Of a DNA stretch of 64,000 nt, positions 1-10,510 are shown piece after piece (the first letter of the stretch is position 1; each line of letters opens with the position of its first letter). Source of the stretch: Vicinamibacterales bacterium (GTDB taxonomy: Bacteria; Acidobacteriota; Vicinamibacteria; Vicinamibacterales; UBA2999). The notes under the pieces are model-generated. The model did no database searches and was not told where the DNA came from. It worked only from the letters and a program-made list of their open reading frames with translations. A program made the translations under genes and the position numbers. Location of the stretch: contig DASROF010000017.1 of the NCBI GenBank assembly GCA_035647075.1, forward strand, positions 10,718 to 74,717, in the 5' to 3' direction.

Positions 1-1
1 G

Positions 2-1285
2 CAGTACTTTGGGGTGGCCTTCAGCAACTACCGTGTCGATGATCTCGTTCGAGACGGGGAGCGCCTGCTCAGCGCAACACCGCACGATGTCGATGACCTC
101 GCACGGGCTCTCCACCGCGTTGCCGACCGCTCGCGCATCTTCTTTTCGACGCTGCCCAACGGCTTCCGCCTCAAGTCGGACGCGACGGGAACTGCAGGAG
201 AACGTCGGGACTTGCGCGCGCGCTACACGTCCGAGGCGGTGCAGGACTATTTCGAGGACGGGATGATGCTGGCCGGCGCGCTGGAGGGACTCGAGGCCAC
301 GCTGGCGCTCGCGGCGAAGCGATTCGCGAACGGTTCGAACGACTCGAAGGACCCGAACGATTCGAACGGCCCGAACGAACTCGCCTCTTCGATACAGCGA
401 CGCGCCGGAGAGCTGCGTTCCGACCTTCGGTTCCTGATGCGAGCCGACGATCCGGAGTTCGTCTATTACGTGGAGGCCCGCGGCCGCGGGTTCTTCCTCC
501 GCGCGTCTCCGATCGACGTCTCGCGCACTGTGCGCGACGCGCTGTTCAAACGTTTTCGCTCGGTTGTCCTGACCTCGGCCACTCTCGCCGTCGATGAAGC
601 GTTCGATTACGTCAAGAGCCGGCTCGGGCTCGGCGATGCCGAGGAGGTGCGCGTACCGTCCGAATTCGATTTCCGGACGCAGGCCCTGCTTTATCTGCCG
701 CGCCGCATGCCGCCGCCGAAATCACCCGCGTTTGCCGAAGCTGCCGCGCGCGAAGTGATCGAGCTGATCAGGCGCTCGCGCGGCCGCGCGTTCGTGCTGT
801 TCACCAGCTACGCAGTGCTGCGGACGGTCCAGCAGTTCGTCGAGATGGCGGTCGAGTACCCGATCCTGGTTCAGGGGTCGGCGCCGCGATCCGTGCTGAT
901 CGACCAGTTCCGATCGACCCCGAATTCGGTCCTGCTCGCCACTTCGAGCTTCTGGCAGGGCGTGGATGTCGTGGGCGACGCGCTCAGCTGCGTGATCGTG
1001 GACAAGCTGCCGTTCGTCTCGCCCGGCGATCCGGTCGTGTCCGCGCGCATCGACGCACTGACGGCCGAAGGCGTCGACGCGTTCTCGGCCTATCAGGTGC
1101 CGCTGGCCATCCTCGCCCTGCAGCAGGGATTGGGCCGGCTCATCAGGCACCGAACCGACCGCGGCGTACTCGCGATCCTCGATCCACGAGTGAAAACAAT
1201 GGGATACGGCCGCCGGTTCCTTGCCTCGCTGCCGCCCGCCCCGGTCACGCACGACCTCGACGCAGTGGCTCGTTTCTTCATGTAA
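2..1285 (+). CDS. dinG: ATP-dependent DNA helicase, DinG/XPD family, C-terminal part (5' end outside window)
   Basis: The frame is open from the window edge. Blocks VLTSATL, AFVLFTSY, LLATSSFWQGVDVVG, VIVDKLPF and QGLGRLIRHRTDRG are typical of the DinG-like helicase C-terminal domain. Confidence 0.8.
   Translation, partial: QYFGVAFSNYRVDDLVRDGERLLSATPHDVDDLARALHRVADRSRIFFSTLPNGFRLKSDATGTAGERRDLRARYTSEAVQDYFEDGMMLAGALEGLEATLALAAKRFANGSNDSKDPNDSNGPNELASSIQRRAGELRSDLRFLMRADDPEFVYYVEARGRGFFLRASPIDVSRTVRDALFKRFRSVVLTSATLAVDEAFDYVKSRLGLGDAEEVRVPSEFDFRTQALLYLPRRMPPPKSPAFAEAAAREVIELIRRSRGRAFVLFTSYAVLRTVQQFVEMAVEYPILVQGSAPRSVLIDQFRSTPNSVLLATSSFWQGVDVVGDALSCVIVDKLPFVSPGDPVVSARIDALTAEGVDAFSAYQVPLAILALQQGLGRLIRHRTDRGVLAILDPRVKTMGYGRRFLASLPPAPVTHDLDAVARFFM
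327..380 (+). repeat. In-frame 9-bp tandem repeat x6 within dinG-like gene
   Basis: CGAACGGTT CGAACGACT CGAAGGACC CGAACGATT CGAACGGCC CGAACGAAC, translated as NGS NDS KDP NDS NGP NEL. Confidence 0.9.
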
Positions 1286-1331
1286 ACTGCACGCAGATTT
1301 GACATTGATTCCTTTGGGAGTGGGAGGCTTC

Positions 1332-2330
1332 ATGCGGACTCACCTGATCCGCCCCATGCTTGCGGCCGCGCTCTTCGTGGCCTTTGTTTCTGCATCCGCC
1401 ATCGCGCAACCGCTCGTGCGCGGCAAGGTGGTCGATTCGACCGGCAAACCTGTCGCCGGCGCCACCATCACGTTCGTCGCGCAGTTCCAGAACCTGAGTC
1501 GGGACGCGAAAAGCGACAGCAAAGGCGAGTTCCTCATCGTCGGCCTGCCATCGGGACAGTACGAGGTCACGGCGGCGAAGGACGGCGTCGGCACGGACAA
1601 GATCAAAGCACCTGTCACGCAGGGCCAGAACGTGCCAGTGAATCTGACGTTGAGACCCGAGGCAACTGGTGGCGGCGGCTCGATCGTCGCCGCTCCCACC
1701 GGAGAGTCGGCGGCGGCGAACAAGGCCGCGCAGCAGGCGCTGCAGGTGTTGGCGAAGTCAGGTTCGGACGCCCTGGCCGCCGGCAACTACGACGGCGCGA
1801 TCACCGCGTATACCGATGTGGTGGCCAAAGCGCCGACGTGCGGCGACTGCTACTTCAATCTCGGTGTCGCCCACATGAACAAGAAGCAGTGGGCGGAATC
1901 GGAAGCCGCGTTCAAGAAGGCGATCGAGATCAAGCCGGACAGCGACAAGGCGCACACGCAGCTCGCCTCGGTCTACAACCAGCAGCGGAAGTTCGACCTT
2001 GCGGCGGAAGAGAGCGCCCTGGCGGCGAAGTATTCGGCCTCGGCCGATCCCGCTGGCGGCGGCAACGCGGAAGCGCTCTACAACCAGGGCGTCACGCTGT
2101 TCAACGGCGCCAAGTTTGCCGAAGCGAAGACCGCGTTCGAGGGTGCGACAAAGGCCGACCCGAAGCTGGCGCTCGCGCACTACCAGCTCGGGATGACCGC
2201 CCTCAACCTCGGCGACTTCGCGCTTGCGGTCAGCTCGCTCGAGACGTACCTGCAGCTCGATCCGAATGGTCCTAAAGCGGCGGAAACGAAGGCCGCTTTG
2301 CCAGCGCTGCAGAAGATGGTCAAGAAGTAA
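1332..2330 (+). CDS. Secreted CarboxypepD_reg-like domain plus TPR-repeat protein
   Basis: ATG at 1332 is preceded by GGGAGTGGGAGG. Signal peptide MRTHLIRPMLAAALFVAFVSASAIAQ. GKVVDSTGKPVAGATITF matches a carboxypeptidase-regulatory fold, and the C-terminal half has TPR-like repeats (YFNLGVAHMN, YNQGVTLFN, HYQLGMTALN). Confidence 0.7.
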   Translation: MRTHLIRPMLAAALFVAFVSASAIAQPLVRGKVVDSTGKPVAGATITFVAQFQNLSRDAKSDSKGEFLIVGLPSGQYEVTAAKDGVGTDKIKAPVTQGQNVPVNLTLRPEATGGGGSIVAAPTGESAAANKAAQQALQVLAKSGSDALAAGNYDGAITAYTDVVAKAPTCGDCYFNLGVAHMNKKQWAESEAAFKKAIEIKPDSDKAHTQLASVYNQQRKFDLAAEESALAAKYSASADPAGGGNAEALYNQGVTLFNGAKFAEAKTAFEGATKADPKLALAHYQLGMTALNLGDFALAVSSLETYLQLDPNGPKAAETKAALPALQKMVKK

Positions 2331-2358
2331 CGAATCGTTCGATCCGCTCGAACGTTCG

Positions 2359-3051
2359 ATGTCAGTAGCAGCACGGCTCGCCGGGGTGCGCGCGCGTATC
2401 GACGCCGCGGCCCGGGGAGCCGGCCGCGATCCTTCCTCGGTCCGTCTCGTCGCCGTCTCCAAGACATTTCCGATCGACGCCGTACGCGAGGCGTACGCTG
2501 CCGGCCATCGCGACTTTGGCGAGAACCGCGTCCAGGAGGCGCTGGAAAAGATTGCCGCCTCCGCGGATCTCGCTCTGCGCTGGCACCTGCTGGGACACCT
2601 GCAGACCAACAAGGCGCGGAAAGCCGCGGCGGCGTTTGCGATGATTCAGTCGCTCGATAACGTGGAGCTGCTTCGCAGGCTCGATGCTGTCGCGGCCGAG
2701 AGCCGTCACACGCCGGAGCTGCTCGTTCAGGTGGACCTGGCCGGCGAAGCGACTAAGTACGGCGCGCGCCCCGAGGAAGTCCCGACAATCTTCGAAGCGG
2801 CGGCCAGCTGTGTCGCCGCCAGGGTGGTGGGGATCATGACGCTGCCGCCCATCCCGGAGACGCCCGAGGACGCACGTCCGTGGTTCCGCCGGCTCCAGGA
2901 TCTCCGCCAGGGTTGGCTGTCGGCCGGAGTGCCTCCCGGGATGCTCCGCGAGGTTTCCATGGGGATGAGCGGCGATTTCGAGGTTGCCGTCCAGGAAGGC
3001 GCCACCATCGTCCGTGTCGGAACCGCGATTTTCGGCTCCCGAGCCCTGTAG
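2359..3051 (+). CDS. yggS: YggS-family pyridoxal-phosphate homeostasis protein
   Basis: Motifs VRLVAVSKTFP, FGENRVQE, WHLLGHLQTNK, LSMGMSGDFEVAVQEGAT and VRVGTAIFG. The start was moved to the ATG at 2359 (MSVAARL). Confidence 0.88.
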   Translation: MSVAARLAGVRARIDAAARGAGRDPSSVRLVAVSKTFPIDAVREAYAAGHRDFGENRVQEALEKIAASADLALRWHLLGHLQTNKARKAAAAFAMIQSLDNVELLRRLDAVAAESRHTPELLVQVDLAGEATKYGARPEEVPTIFEAAASCVAARVVGIMTLPPIPETPEDARPWFRRLQDLRQGWLSAGVPPGMLREVSMGMSGDFEVAVQEGATIVRVGTAIFGSRAL

Positions 3052-3101
3052 TACGTTCGCACTATGGAATGCGGGCCGGCCGAACCGTAGGATCCGCGAC
3101 T

Positions 3102-4262
3102 ATGCGTGCACAGAACATTGTCGTCGCCGCCCTCACCGCCACTCTCGTGTCGGTGGCATCAGCTCCCGCCTTCGCCCAGGGTTGCATCCTGATCCGGCAG
3201 ACATCCCCGCTCTTCGGAACGACGGGCGCGCTCGATCAGGAAGTCGGCACCTGGACGATCACGTTCAGCGGCCGCGCCTCGGTTGCCAACAAGCACTACA
3301 ACGGGACCGAGCGCCAGATTCAACGCGAGATCGAGCAGACCTACGTCGTCAACCGACAGAACTCCATCACGGCGACGGTCGGCTATCAGTTCTCACCGCG
3401 GATCAGCCTGACGGCGGGCGTTCCCTTTGTCGAAGCGTCGTGGGGCATTCCCTCGCCGCGCGCCGGCGGACCGGCGACACGCGCCAACGAGAACGCACGG
3501 GGCATCGGCGATATCACCACGCTGGCCCGCGTCGCATTGTTCAACCCGGCCACCTCGACGCGCAGCTGGAACGTGATCTTTGGCGGTGGCGTGAAGATGC
3601 CGACCGGCAACAACGCCGCCTCCGACGTGTTCCCCGACAGCAACGGCAACAACAATCTCGAACGCTATGTGGACATCTCCGTGCATCCCGGCGACGGCGG
3701 ATGGGGCGTCATCATGGACTTCCAGGGCTACAAGCAGCTTGGCCGGGTAACAGCGTTCGGCTCGAGCACGTGGCTCGCGAATCCCCGTGACACGGGCACG
3801 GCGTCGCGCGGCAATCTCGTGACGGCCACGACCCCCTCGAACGTGAACACGGTATCGGATCAGTTCCTGTTCCGCGCCGGCGCAGCCGTGCCGATCACCA
3901 GCCACATCACCGCCTCGCTGTCGTGGCGCGCTGAAGGCGTTCCCCGCTACGACCTGATGGGTGCGTCGCACGGCTTCCGCCGGCCCGGTGTCGAGATGTA
4001 CTGGGAGCCGGGCGTGACGATTACGGAGGGGCGCCACTCGATGTCGTTCAACTTCCCGGTCGGCTATTACTTCAACCGGTTCCCGAACCCGTACACCGGG
4101 ACCCCCGGCGACTCGACGTTCCCGGAGTACGTGTCGATCGCGACGTATTCGGTCCGCCTCGGCGGGAAGTTCAACGCGCACTCCACGCCCGGCCGGCCGG
4201 CAACCGATCAACCGTCCACTCCGCGCACGCCCGAAGTCATTCGTCCCGGCGAGGGCGCGTAA
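3102..4262 (+). CDS. Hypothetical outer-membrane beta-barrel protein
   Basis: Signal peptide MRAQNIVVAALTATLVSVASAPAFAQ, followed by alternating amphipathic beta-strand-like segments and Gly/Asn-rich loops. No family was recognised with certainty. Confidence 0.45.
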   Translation: MRAQNIVVAALTATLVSVASAPAFAQGCILIRQTSPLFGTTGALDQEVGTWTITFSGRASVANKHYNGTERQIQREIEQTYVVNRQNSITATVGYQFSPRISLTAGVPFVEASWGIPSPRAGGPATRANENARGIGDITTLARVALFNPATSTRSWNVIFGGGVKMPTGNNAASDVFPDSNGNNNLERYVDISVHPGDGGWGVIMDFQGYKQLGRVTAFGSSTWLANPRDTGTASRGNLVTATTPSNVNTVSDQFLFRAGAAVPITSHITASLSWRAEGVPRYDLMGASHGFRRPGVEMYWEPGVTITEGRHSMSFNFPVGYYFNRFPNPYTGTPGDSTFPEYVSIATYSVRLGGKFNAHSTPGRPATDQPSTPRTPEVIRPGEGA

Positions 4263-4781
4263 ATGATTCTGCCCGTTCGCCGTAGCGCGCTGCGCGGAGG
4301 CGGACGGGCGCTGTGCCTGCTGCTCGTCGCCGCGCTGGCGATTCCGTCACCAGCGTTTGCCGAAAAGCTGAAGTCGTTCAAGTTGAAGACGCTCGAGGGA
4401 GCCGAGAAGACGCTCCCTGACATGCTCGGCAGCAAAGCAACGCTCGTCGTCTTCTTCTTTCCAACTTGCCCCTACTGCAACGCGGCGTTCCCGAAAGTGC
4501 AGAAGCTGTATGACGCCTATCGCGCGCAGGGGCTGGCCATGGTCTGGATCAACGTGGTCTCGGACGAGCAGAAACTGATTGCGGAGTGGCGCACGCAGCA
4601 CGGGTATACCGCGCCGGTCCTCCTTGGCAAGCAATCGACGCCGCGCGAGTACGGCGTCCGGATGACGCCCACGCACTATCTTCTGGATGCGCGCGGTGAA
4701 ATCCTCTCCAGGCAGGATGGCTTCAACCCAGGTGACGAAACGAAACTGGAGCAGCAGATTCAGCAGGCGCTTGCCAGGTGA
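4263..4781 (+). CDS. TlpA-family thioredoxin-like thiol:disulfide oxidoreductase (secreted or anchored)
   Basis: The ATG directly follows the upstream stop codon. CxxC active site in FFFPTCPYCN, a thioredoxin-fold layout and an N-terminal signal/anchor. Confidence 0.75.
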   Translation: MILPVRRSALRGGGRALCLLLVAALAIPSPAFAEKLKSFKLKTLEGAEKTLPDMLGSKATLVVFFFPTCPYCNAAFPKVQKLYDAYRAQGLAMVWINVVSDEQKLIAEWRTQHGYTAPVLLGKQSTPREYGVRMTPTHYLLDARGEILSRQDGFNPGDETKLEQQIQQALAR

Positions 4782-5281
4782 CGTCGGTCTCCCGAACCCT
4801 CCGCGTGGCGCTCGTCTGCGCGCTCGCCGTCGTCGGCGTGACGTCGGTCGACGCTGACGTCATCGTCGCGCGCAACACTCCGCATCTCAGCTTCACCGCG
4901 GCACTCTCGCCTGATGTGGCTACGCCTGGCGGGCGGCTCTCACTGGTGGTGAACGTTATTCCGAAAAAGCGTGTGCACGTGTACGCGCCCGGCACGAAGT
5001 ATCGCGCCGTCACCGTGAGGCTGGACAAGCACGCATTTCTGAAAATGTCACCGACGGTCTACCCCAAACCGTCGTTCTACGTCTTCAAGCCGCTGAAGGA
5101 GCAGGTGCTCGTCTACAGCGATCCGTTCAAGCTGACGATGACCATCGCCGTCGGAGCGGTGACGCCTCGGAAGGGGCCACTCAAGATCACGGGCACGCTC
5201 TCGTATCAGGCGTGCGACGACCGCGTGTGCTACCTGCCCGAGTCAGTGCCGCTCGAATGGAATCTGCCCGTCGCGAGGTAA
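4778..5281 (+). CDS. DsbD N-terminal (alpha) domain-like protein, secreted
   Basis: GTG start overlaps the upstream stop (GTGA). It has a signal peptide, and the C-terminal motif YQACDDRVCYLPESV resembles the DsbD-alpha/DsbC-corrector domain cysteine pair. Confidence 0.6.
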   Translation: MTSVSRTLRVALVCALAVVGVTSVDADVIVARNTPHLSFTAALSPDVATPGGRLSLVVNVIPKKRVHVYAPGTKYRAVTVRLDKHAFLKMSPTVYPKPSFYVFKPLKEQVLVYSDPFKLTMTIAVGAVTPRKGPLKITGTLSYQACDDRVCYLPESVPLEWNLPVAR

Positions 5282-5286
5282 CTCCA

Positions 5287-7218
5287 TTACTCCAGGCCAA
5301 ACGCCAGCAGCACATTCCCGCCCGACGCCCCGCTCGAGATCGCGTACCCCGACGCCACGTAGACCATGCCATCGACCACCACCGCACCTGATGTGGCGAT
5401 CGCGCCGCCGTGCGCCGGCACCTTGTTGTTGGTGGCGAAGTCCTGAGCAGTGTTGAACGACCAGAGTTGCTTGCCGTCAGCCGCTGAAACGGCGAACAGC
5501 TGGCCATCGCCCGCACCTTCGAAGACGACACCGGGAATCATCGTCGGAGCCGCGCCCAGACCAGCCATACCGCCGGCGAGGCCCGGAGCGGTAAATACAT
5601 ACGCGACCTTGCCAGTGGCCGATTCAACAGCGCTCATCCCCGCAGCGCCCATGCCGTGATACACAAGCCGCGCGTCTGATGCGCCGCCCCACACGATTGC
5701 GCCGCGGCCACGGCCGCCACGCGCCGGTGCGCCTGCCGGCGCAACCTTGAACAACAAGGCGCCGTTCTTATCCGGATCGAGCGCCACGACTTCGCCGGCC
5801 TTCGTGCCCGCGAACAGCGCGCGCCTGCCGTCCGCCAGCGTCACCAGAACAGGAGAGTTGCCGATGTCGGCGTCCGGCCCCATCGGCTCGGGACACGCGG
5901 CACTGCGATCGTTGCCTCCGCACCCGCCCATGAACATGTCTCGTTCAACGACGCGATACGACCAGAGGACCTTGCCAGTCTTCAGGTCCATTGCGACGAC
6001 AGCATCGGTCAGCGGCGATTCCGGTGGCGTGACCGGATCGCCGGTCCCGACATAGAGCGCGCCGCGAACAGTGTCGATCGTCGGCGAATTCCATATGCCC
6101 CCCGCCGACGGACCGTACAGCTGGACGCCGTTCGCGTTCTTCTTCCACGGCTTTGGCTCGTCAACGTTGTAGGTCTTCCAGATCTGCTTGCCGGTATTCG
6201 CATCGAGGGCCACCACACCACCACGCGACGTACAACACGGATAATCCGGCCGGCCGCTATTGAATTCCTCCGAACCGGAGAGCGGCACGTAGACGCGACC
6301 GTCGTGGTACTTGAGGCCCGCGGTGATACGCGCGACGACGTGATCGTCGACCCGGACCTTCCAGAGCTGGCGACCGGTCTGTGCATCGAGAGCGAAGATA
6401 TTTGCGTGGCCATCGCCGAAGAACACCCCGTAGCGGGCATTGCCCTGGCCGCTGACGGCGCCGACCGTCACTGAACCGCGGACGATCGATCCGTTCTGGA
6501 ACGACCAATAGACACAGCCGGTCTTGGCGTCCAGCGAATAGATGTAGCCGTTGTCGCCGCCGACGAACACACGGCCCGACACGATTGTCGGCTGCGAATT
6601 ATTGGTTTCGCCCTTGGGGAAGCCGAACGACCACTTCACCTTCAGCTTCGGAACGTCGGCCGCGGTCAGACGCGCCGCAGCGGCCGGCTGGAAGCGCGTG
6701 TTGCCGAGATCGTTGCCCCATCCATTCCATCCCGGGCTACGCGTCGGGTCGGTCATCGCCGGGTTGGTCGCGCACTGGTTCGGCATCGACTTGGCCTCGC
6801 CAGCCCCGATGCTGCCCATCGGCCGCCCGCTCATGAACTCGGCAACGCGTCGCCTCTGGACGTCGCTGAGCGACTGCACGCCGGTCTCTGCCTCAGTGGT
6901 GTGATTCGGTTTCGTCAACCCGGCGTAGATGCGCTCGGGCGTCATCTGCCGGATCTCATAAGCGGTGGGTCCTTTGCCCAGCGACCTGGTGGTGTGGCAG
7001 GCAAAGCAGGTGCCCTGGAACGTCGCCCACCCGCTTTCAGTTCCTGGCAAACCGCCGCGACCTCGTGCGGCAGCCGCGCCCGGCTGGGCAGGCGGCACCT
7101 GCGCACCGGAAACCGGAGGGGGCGCTTGCGGAGCCTGCGCCCCAAGCCACACCGTGCCGACAAAGACCGCCGCGGCAGCCACGGCGCTGATCAGAGAGGT
7201 CTTTTTCATGGTTTGCAT
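5287..7218 (-). CDS. Secreted c-type cytochrome domain fused to a PQQ-like beta-propeller repeat protein
   Basis: Signal peptide and a Pro/Ala/Gln linker. Haem-binding motif CFACH is near the N-terminus. Repeated propeller blades follow (YSLDAKTGCVYW, FALDAQTGRQLWK, VALDANTGKQIWK, VAMDLKTGKVLWS, FAVSAADGKQLWS). Confidence 0.75.
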   Translation of the reverse strand: MQTMKKTSLISAVAAAAVFVGTVWLGAQAPQAPPPVSGAQVPPAQPGAAAARGRGGLPGTESGWATFQGTCFACHTTRSLGKGPTAYEIRQMTPERIYAGLTKPNHTTEAETGVQSLSDVQRRRVAEFMSGRPMGSIGAGEAKSMPNQCATNPAMTDPTRSPGWNGWGNDLGNTRFQPAAAARLTAADVPKLKVKWSFGFPKGETNNSQPTIVSGRVFVGGDNGYIYSLDAKTGCVYWSFQNGSIVRGSVTVGAVSGQGNARYGVFFGDGHANIFALDAQTGRQLWKVRVDDHVVARITAGLKYHDGRVYVPLSGSEEFNSGRPDYPCCTSRGGVVALDANTGKQIWKTYNVDEPKPWKKNANGVQLYGPSAGGIWNSPTIDTVRGALYVGTGDPVTPPESPLTDAVVAMDLKTGKVLWSYRVVERDMFMGGCGGNDRSAACPEPMGPDADIGNSPVLVTLADGRRALFAGTKAGEVVALDPDKNGALLFKVAPAGAPARGGRGRGAIVWGGASDARLVYHGMGAAGMSAVESATGKVAYVFTAPGLAGGMAGLGAAPTMIPGVVFEGAGDGQLFAVSAADGKQLWSFNTAQDFATNNKVPAHGGAIATSGAVVVDGMVYVASGYAISSGASGGNVLLAFGLE

Positions 7219-7245
7219 TTTGAGTTTTGAATTTTGAATTCCTGT

Positions 7246-7247
<2 letters not shown>
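7211..7247. repeat. Heptamer tandem array (TTTTGAG TTTTGAA TTTTGAA)
   Basis: Read directly in the 27-bp cstA-to-PQQ gene spacer. Confidence 0.75.
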
Positions 7248-9317
<2,070 letters not shown>

Positions 9318-9321
<4 letters not shown>

Positions 9322-10352
9322 TTGAATGTCAGGTAGAGCAGTTTATTGCCGCCCGACGAAGCGACCCACAGCCTATTCGATATCCGGCGCGGCGGCTGAC
9401 GATCGCTGCCAGCCGTGAGCCCGGTGCCTCCGGAGTTGGGCGGCATCGGCACTTCGGCAATCGTCCCGTCGGGCATTACCCGTCCGACGAACCCGCCCTT
9501 CGTGAACCAGAGGTTGCGATCGGGGCCGACCGCGATATTCGTCGGCGAACCAATGGCACTCGGAATCTGGAACTCCGTGATCCTGCCGTCCATCGTGATC
9601 CGTCCGACGCGATTGCCGTCCACCTTGCGGCCGTCCATCTGGCCATTCAGCTCGAGGAACCACATGTTGCCGTCCGCACCGGCCGTGATGTCGCCCGGGC
9701 CGGAATTCGGACGCGGCAGCTCGAACTCGGTGATCGTCCCGGCCGGCGTAATCCGGCCGATCCTGCTGGCGTTGAACTCGGAGAACCAGACGTTGCCGTC
9801 GGGTCCTGTGGCGAGCGCCCGAGGACCGCTGTCGGCCGTCGGAATCGCGAACTCGGCGATGACGCCCTGCGGCGTCACGCGTCCGATCTTGCCGCCGGCA
9901 AACTCGCCGAACCAGATGTTGCCGTCGGCACCAAGCGAGATCGCCCGCGGCATGCTGTTGGGCGTCGGGATTGGGAACTCCGCGATAGTGCCGTCCGGGG
10001 CTATCCGGCCGATGCGGTTGCCGGTGTGCTCGGAGAACCACATGTTGCCGTCCGAGCCGAGGGCGATAATCCGCGGCGAGCTGTTCGGATTGGGGAGCGG
10101 GAATTCCTTCAGACCGCTGCCATCAGCGTTGATCCGGCCGATCCGGTTGCCGGATCCTTCGGTGAACCAGGCGGAGCCATCCGACGCGAGTGCGATCGTG
10201 GTCGGGCCGCTGGCCGGATTCGGCAGCGGAACCTCGTTCCAGACGCCGTCGGACACGAGATTCCGGTCGGTCGGCGCAAGCCAGCGATGCTGGGCTGTCA
10301 CCACGCCGGCAGAGGCGAGTATCCCTAGCGCGCACAGCCACTTGCGAGTCAT
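9318..10352 (-). CDS. Secreted Vgb (virginiamycin B lyase)-like seven-bladed beta-propeller repeat protein
   Basis: Signal peptide, then about 42-aa repeats of the form GPDGNVWFSEF..RIGRITP.GTITEF.LP. The stop overlaps the cstA start (ATGA). Confidence 0.65.
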
Positions 10353-10392
10353 AATATTTGTCCCGAAGACCCGCCAAGATGCGGTGGGCGGC

Positions 10393-10478
10393 AGCCCGCG
10401 TGAGACGCGGGCTTAGAAAACATACTAGCTAGCGAGGCGCTGAGCCTCGCTAGTTATAGTTCACGCCCGGCTGGCGTG
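10393..10478. other. Three consecutive stem-loops in a divergent intergenic region
   Basis: AGCCCGCG-TGAGA-CGCGGGCT (10393-10413), CTAGCGAGGC-GCTGA-GCCTCGCTAG (10429-10453, extendable) and CACGCC-CGGCT-GGCGTG (10462-10478). Confidence 0.7.
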
Positions 10479-10510
10479 GCTATAGGGCTGCCCCGAAGGA
10501 GTTCAACAGC

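Noticed and set aside
10353-10510. A riboswitch upstream of the DUF1592 operon.
   Set aside because: The three hairpins do not match any riboswitch core I can recognise, and no conserved junction or loop motifs are present. They are reported only as unexplained structure.
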